From: Hydrogenophaga intermedia
Lineage (GTDB): Bacteria; Pseudomonadota; Gammaproteobacteria; Burkholderiales; Burkholderiaceae_C
Direction: 5' to 3'
DNA length: 64,000 nt
Assembly (NCBI GenBank): GCA_943371055.1
Contig: CALRTJ020000013.1
Location: 33,518-97,517, forward strand
Notes under the pieces: model-generated
The model's database searches: none
Seen by the model: the letters and a program-made list of their open reading frames with translations, nothing else
What the model was told of the DNA's origin: nothing
Program-made: the position numbers and the translations under genes
Shown: positions 62,756 to 64,000 of the stretch, piece after piece
Layout of the letters: the number at the start of each line of letters is the position of its first letter
How positions within the stretch are numbered: the stretch's first letter is position 1

Positions 62756-63460
62756 ATGTGCGGCCGATACGTCGTCGCCTTCGACCCCGCCACGCTGGTG
62801 CAGGGCTTCAGCCTGACGCGGGTCACGCCCTTTGCGCGCCGCCACAACATCGCGCCCACCAGCGAGGTGCCGGTGGTGTGGGAGACCCGAGAGGGCGAAC
62901 GCGTGGCCGAGCCCATGCGCTGGGGCCTGGTGCCGCACTGGGCGCGCGACCCGTCCATCGGTGCCCGCCTCAACAACGCCCGCCTCGAGGGCGTCGGCGA
63001 CAAGCCCTCGTTCCGCCAGGCCTGGGGCCGCCGCCGCTGCATCCTGCCGGCCAGCGGCTTCTACGAGTGGCAGCCGCGGCGCGGCCCCGACGGCAAGGTC
63101 CACAAGCAGCCCTGGTTCTTCAGCGCCGCCGACGGCGGCCTGCTGGCCATGGCCGGCCTGTTCGAGGCCTGGCGCCCGAACGAGGACGCGCCGTGGCTGC
63201 TGAGCTGCTGCATCCTCACCCGCGAGGCCAACGCCACCATGGCGCCGGTGCACGACCGCATGCCGGTGCTGCTGCGGCCCGACCAGTTCGCGGCCTGGCT
63301 GGACCGGGGCCAGCGCCACGGTGACGCCCTGCGCCCCCTGCTGACCCCCACGCCCCCCGAGGCCCTGCAGGCCTGGCCGGTGGACCGTGCGGTGGGCCAC
63401 GCCGCCCGCGAGGGCGAGCAGCTGATGGCCCCCATCGCGCTCGCGCCCGAGCCGCCCTGA
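62756..63460 (+). CDS. SOS response-associated peptidase (SRAP/YedK) family protein, chromosomal paralogue
   Basis: It starts MCGRY (Cys2). Blocks WGLVPHWA, NARLE, SFRQAW, RCILPASGFYEW and CCILT are present. Confidence 0.9.
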   Translation: MCGRYVVAFDPATLVQGFSLTRVTPFARRHNIAPTSEVPVVWETREGERVAEPMRWGLVPHWARDPSIGARLNNARLEGVGDKPSFRQAWGRRRCILPASGFYEWQPRRGPDGKVHKQPWFFSAADGGLLAMAGLFEAWRPNEDAPWLLSCCILTREANATMAPVHDRMPVLLRPDQFAAWLDRGQRHGDALRPLLTPTPPEALQAWPVDRAVGHAAREGEQLMAPIALAPEPP

Positions 63461-63528
63461 CCCCGCCGCGCCTTCAAGTTCGGCGTCCGGCGCTCCGATA
63501 TGGCCCACATGGAGCCTGGAGAGCCGTC

Positions 63529-63735
63529 ATGCACCTGAACCGTCACGCCCCCCGCACCGCGCCCCTGCCGCCGCTGGACCCCGACTTCAGCAGCGGCTGG
63601 GCCGACACCCAGCCGATGTCGCTGGAGGAAGAGGCCCAGGGCGGGCCGTTCCGCCACACGCTGGGCAGCGGCCTGCTGGTGCGCGAACTCAGCGACGAGC
63701 TGCTGTTCCGGCGCTACTTCGGCAGCCTGTCCTGA
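63529..63735 (+). CDS. hypothetical small protein
   Basis: 68-aa ORF with G/C-ending codons. I recognise no domain. Confidence 0.3.
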   Translation: MHLNRHAPRTAPLPPLDPDFSSGWADTQPMSLEEEAQGGPFRHTLGSGLLVRELSDELLFRRYFGSLS

Positions 63736-63748
63736 GGCCCCGGCCGGC

Positions 63749-64000
63749 TCAGTCCGGCCCGGCGATGTAGACCAGGCCCAGCACCAGGCCGGCGCCGGTG
63801 CGCTGCACCGTCAGCGGGCTGTCGGCCGCGCCGCCCAGCAGGTGCTGCACGCTCAGCGTGCCGCCCACCCGCCAATGGCGGTGCAGGCGCCAGGTCAGGC
63901 CGGTGCTGGCGTGCAGGTCCAGCAGGCCGCCGCCGGGCTGCCACACCGGCAGCGGGCTGGCGCTGCCGGCCGGCACGCCGTGGTGGCTGCGCAGGTAGGT
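63749..64000 (-). CDS. outer-membrane MipA/OmpV-like protein, C-terminal part only (continues beyond the window)
   Basis: The frame is open to base 64000. It has an alternating beta-strand-like pattern and a DSPLT block, as in the MipA family. This is a weak call. Confidence 0.4.
   Translation of the reverse strand, partial: TYLRSHHGVPAGSASPLPVWQPGGGLLDLHASTGLTWRLHRHWRVGGTLSVQHLLGGAADSPLTVQRTGAGLVLGLVYIAGPD

Overview
High-GC proteobacterial chromosome segment. Gene content (PhaM, DUF3567, cybB-yceI-yceI, glcDEF, mnmG-rsmG) suggests Burkholderiales; this is an inference, not a search result. The window has two parts. (i) Positions 1 to about 16.4 kb have visibly lower GC (not computed) and look like the right-hand part of a horizontally acquired island cut by the window edge. 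It carries a truncated AAA_13/PrrC-like ATPase, an XRE regulator, an SRAP peptidase, a minus-strand MGE recombination operon (DUF932, YqaJ exonuclease, Cys-cluster protein), a 1665-aa single-chain type ISP restriction-modification enzyme, and a two-gene operon of an unknown protein plus a fused HTH-ImmA/IrrE metallopeptidase. (ii) Positions 16.4-64 kb are core genes: signalling proteins, DAHP synthase, a PhaM/FIST/LysR block, a glycolate oxidase operon with lrgAB inserted between glcE and glcF, queE-queD, and origin-proximal mnmG-rsmG. The mnmG-rsmG pair carries two perfect and one near-perfect parS sites, followed by a phased TGTGGA (DnaA-box-like) array. The most unusual feature is a 55-aa minus-strand ORF (49418-49585) encoding four tandem copies of ELPRTGGW. 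It has a canonical RBS and terminator and sits directly downstream of a LuxR solo, near an operon of secreted alpha/beta hydrolase plus ABC-2 exporter. I do not recognise this peptide family and flag it as a candidate multi-core peptide precursor locus. Several structured intergenic repeats (34.1 kb, 43.8-44.2 kb) are also described. No rRNA, tRNA or CRISPR array was seen. Many long antisense or off-frame ORFs in the track are high-GC artefacts. All start codons are chosen by eye and could shift.
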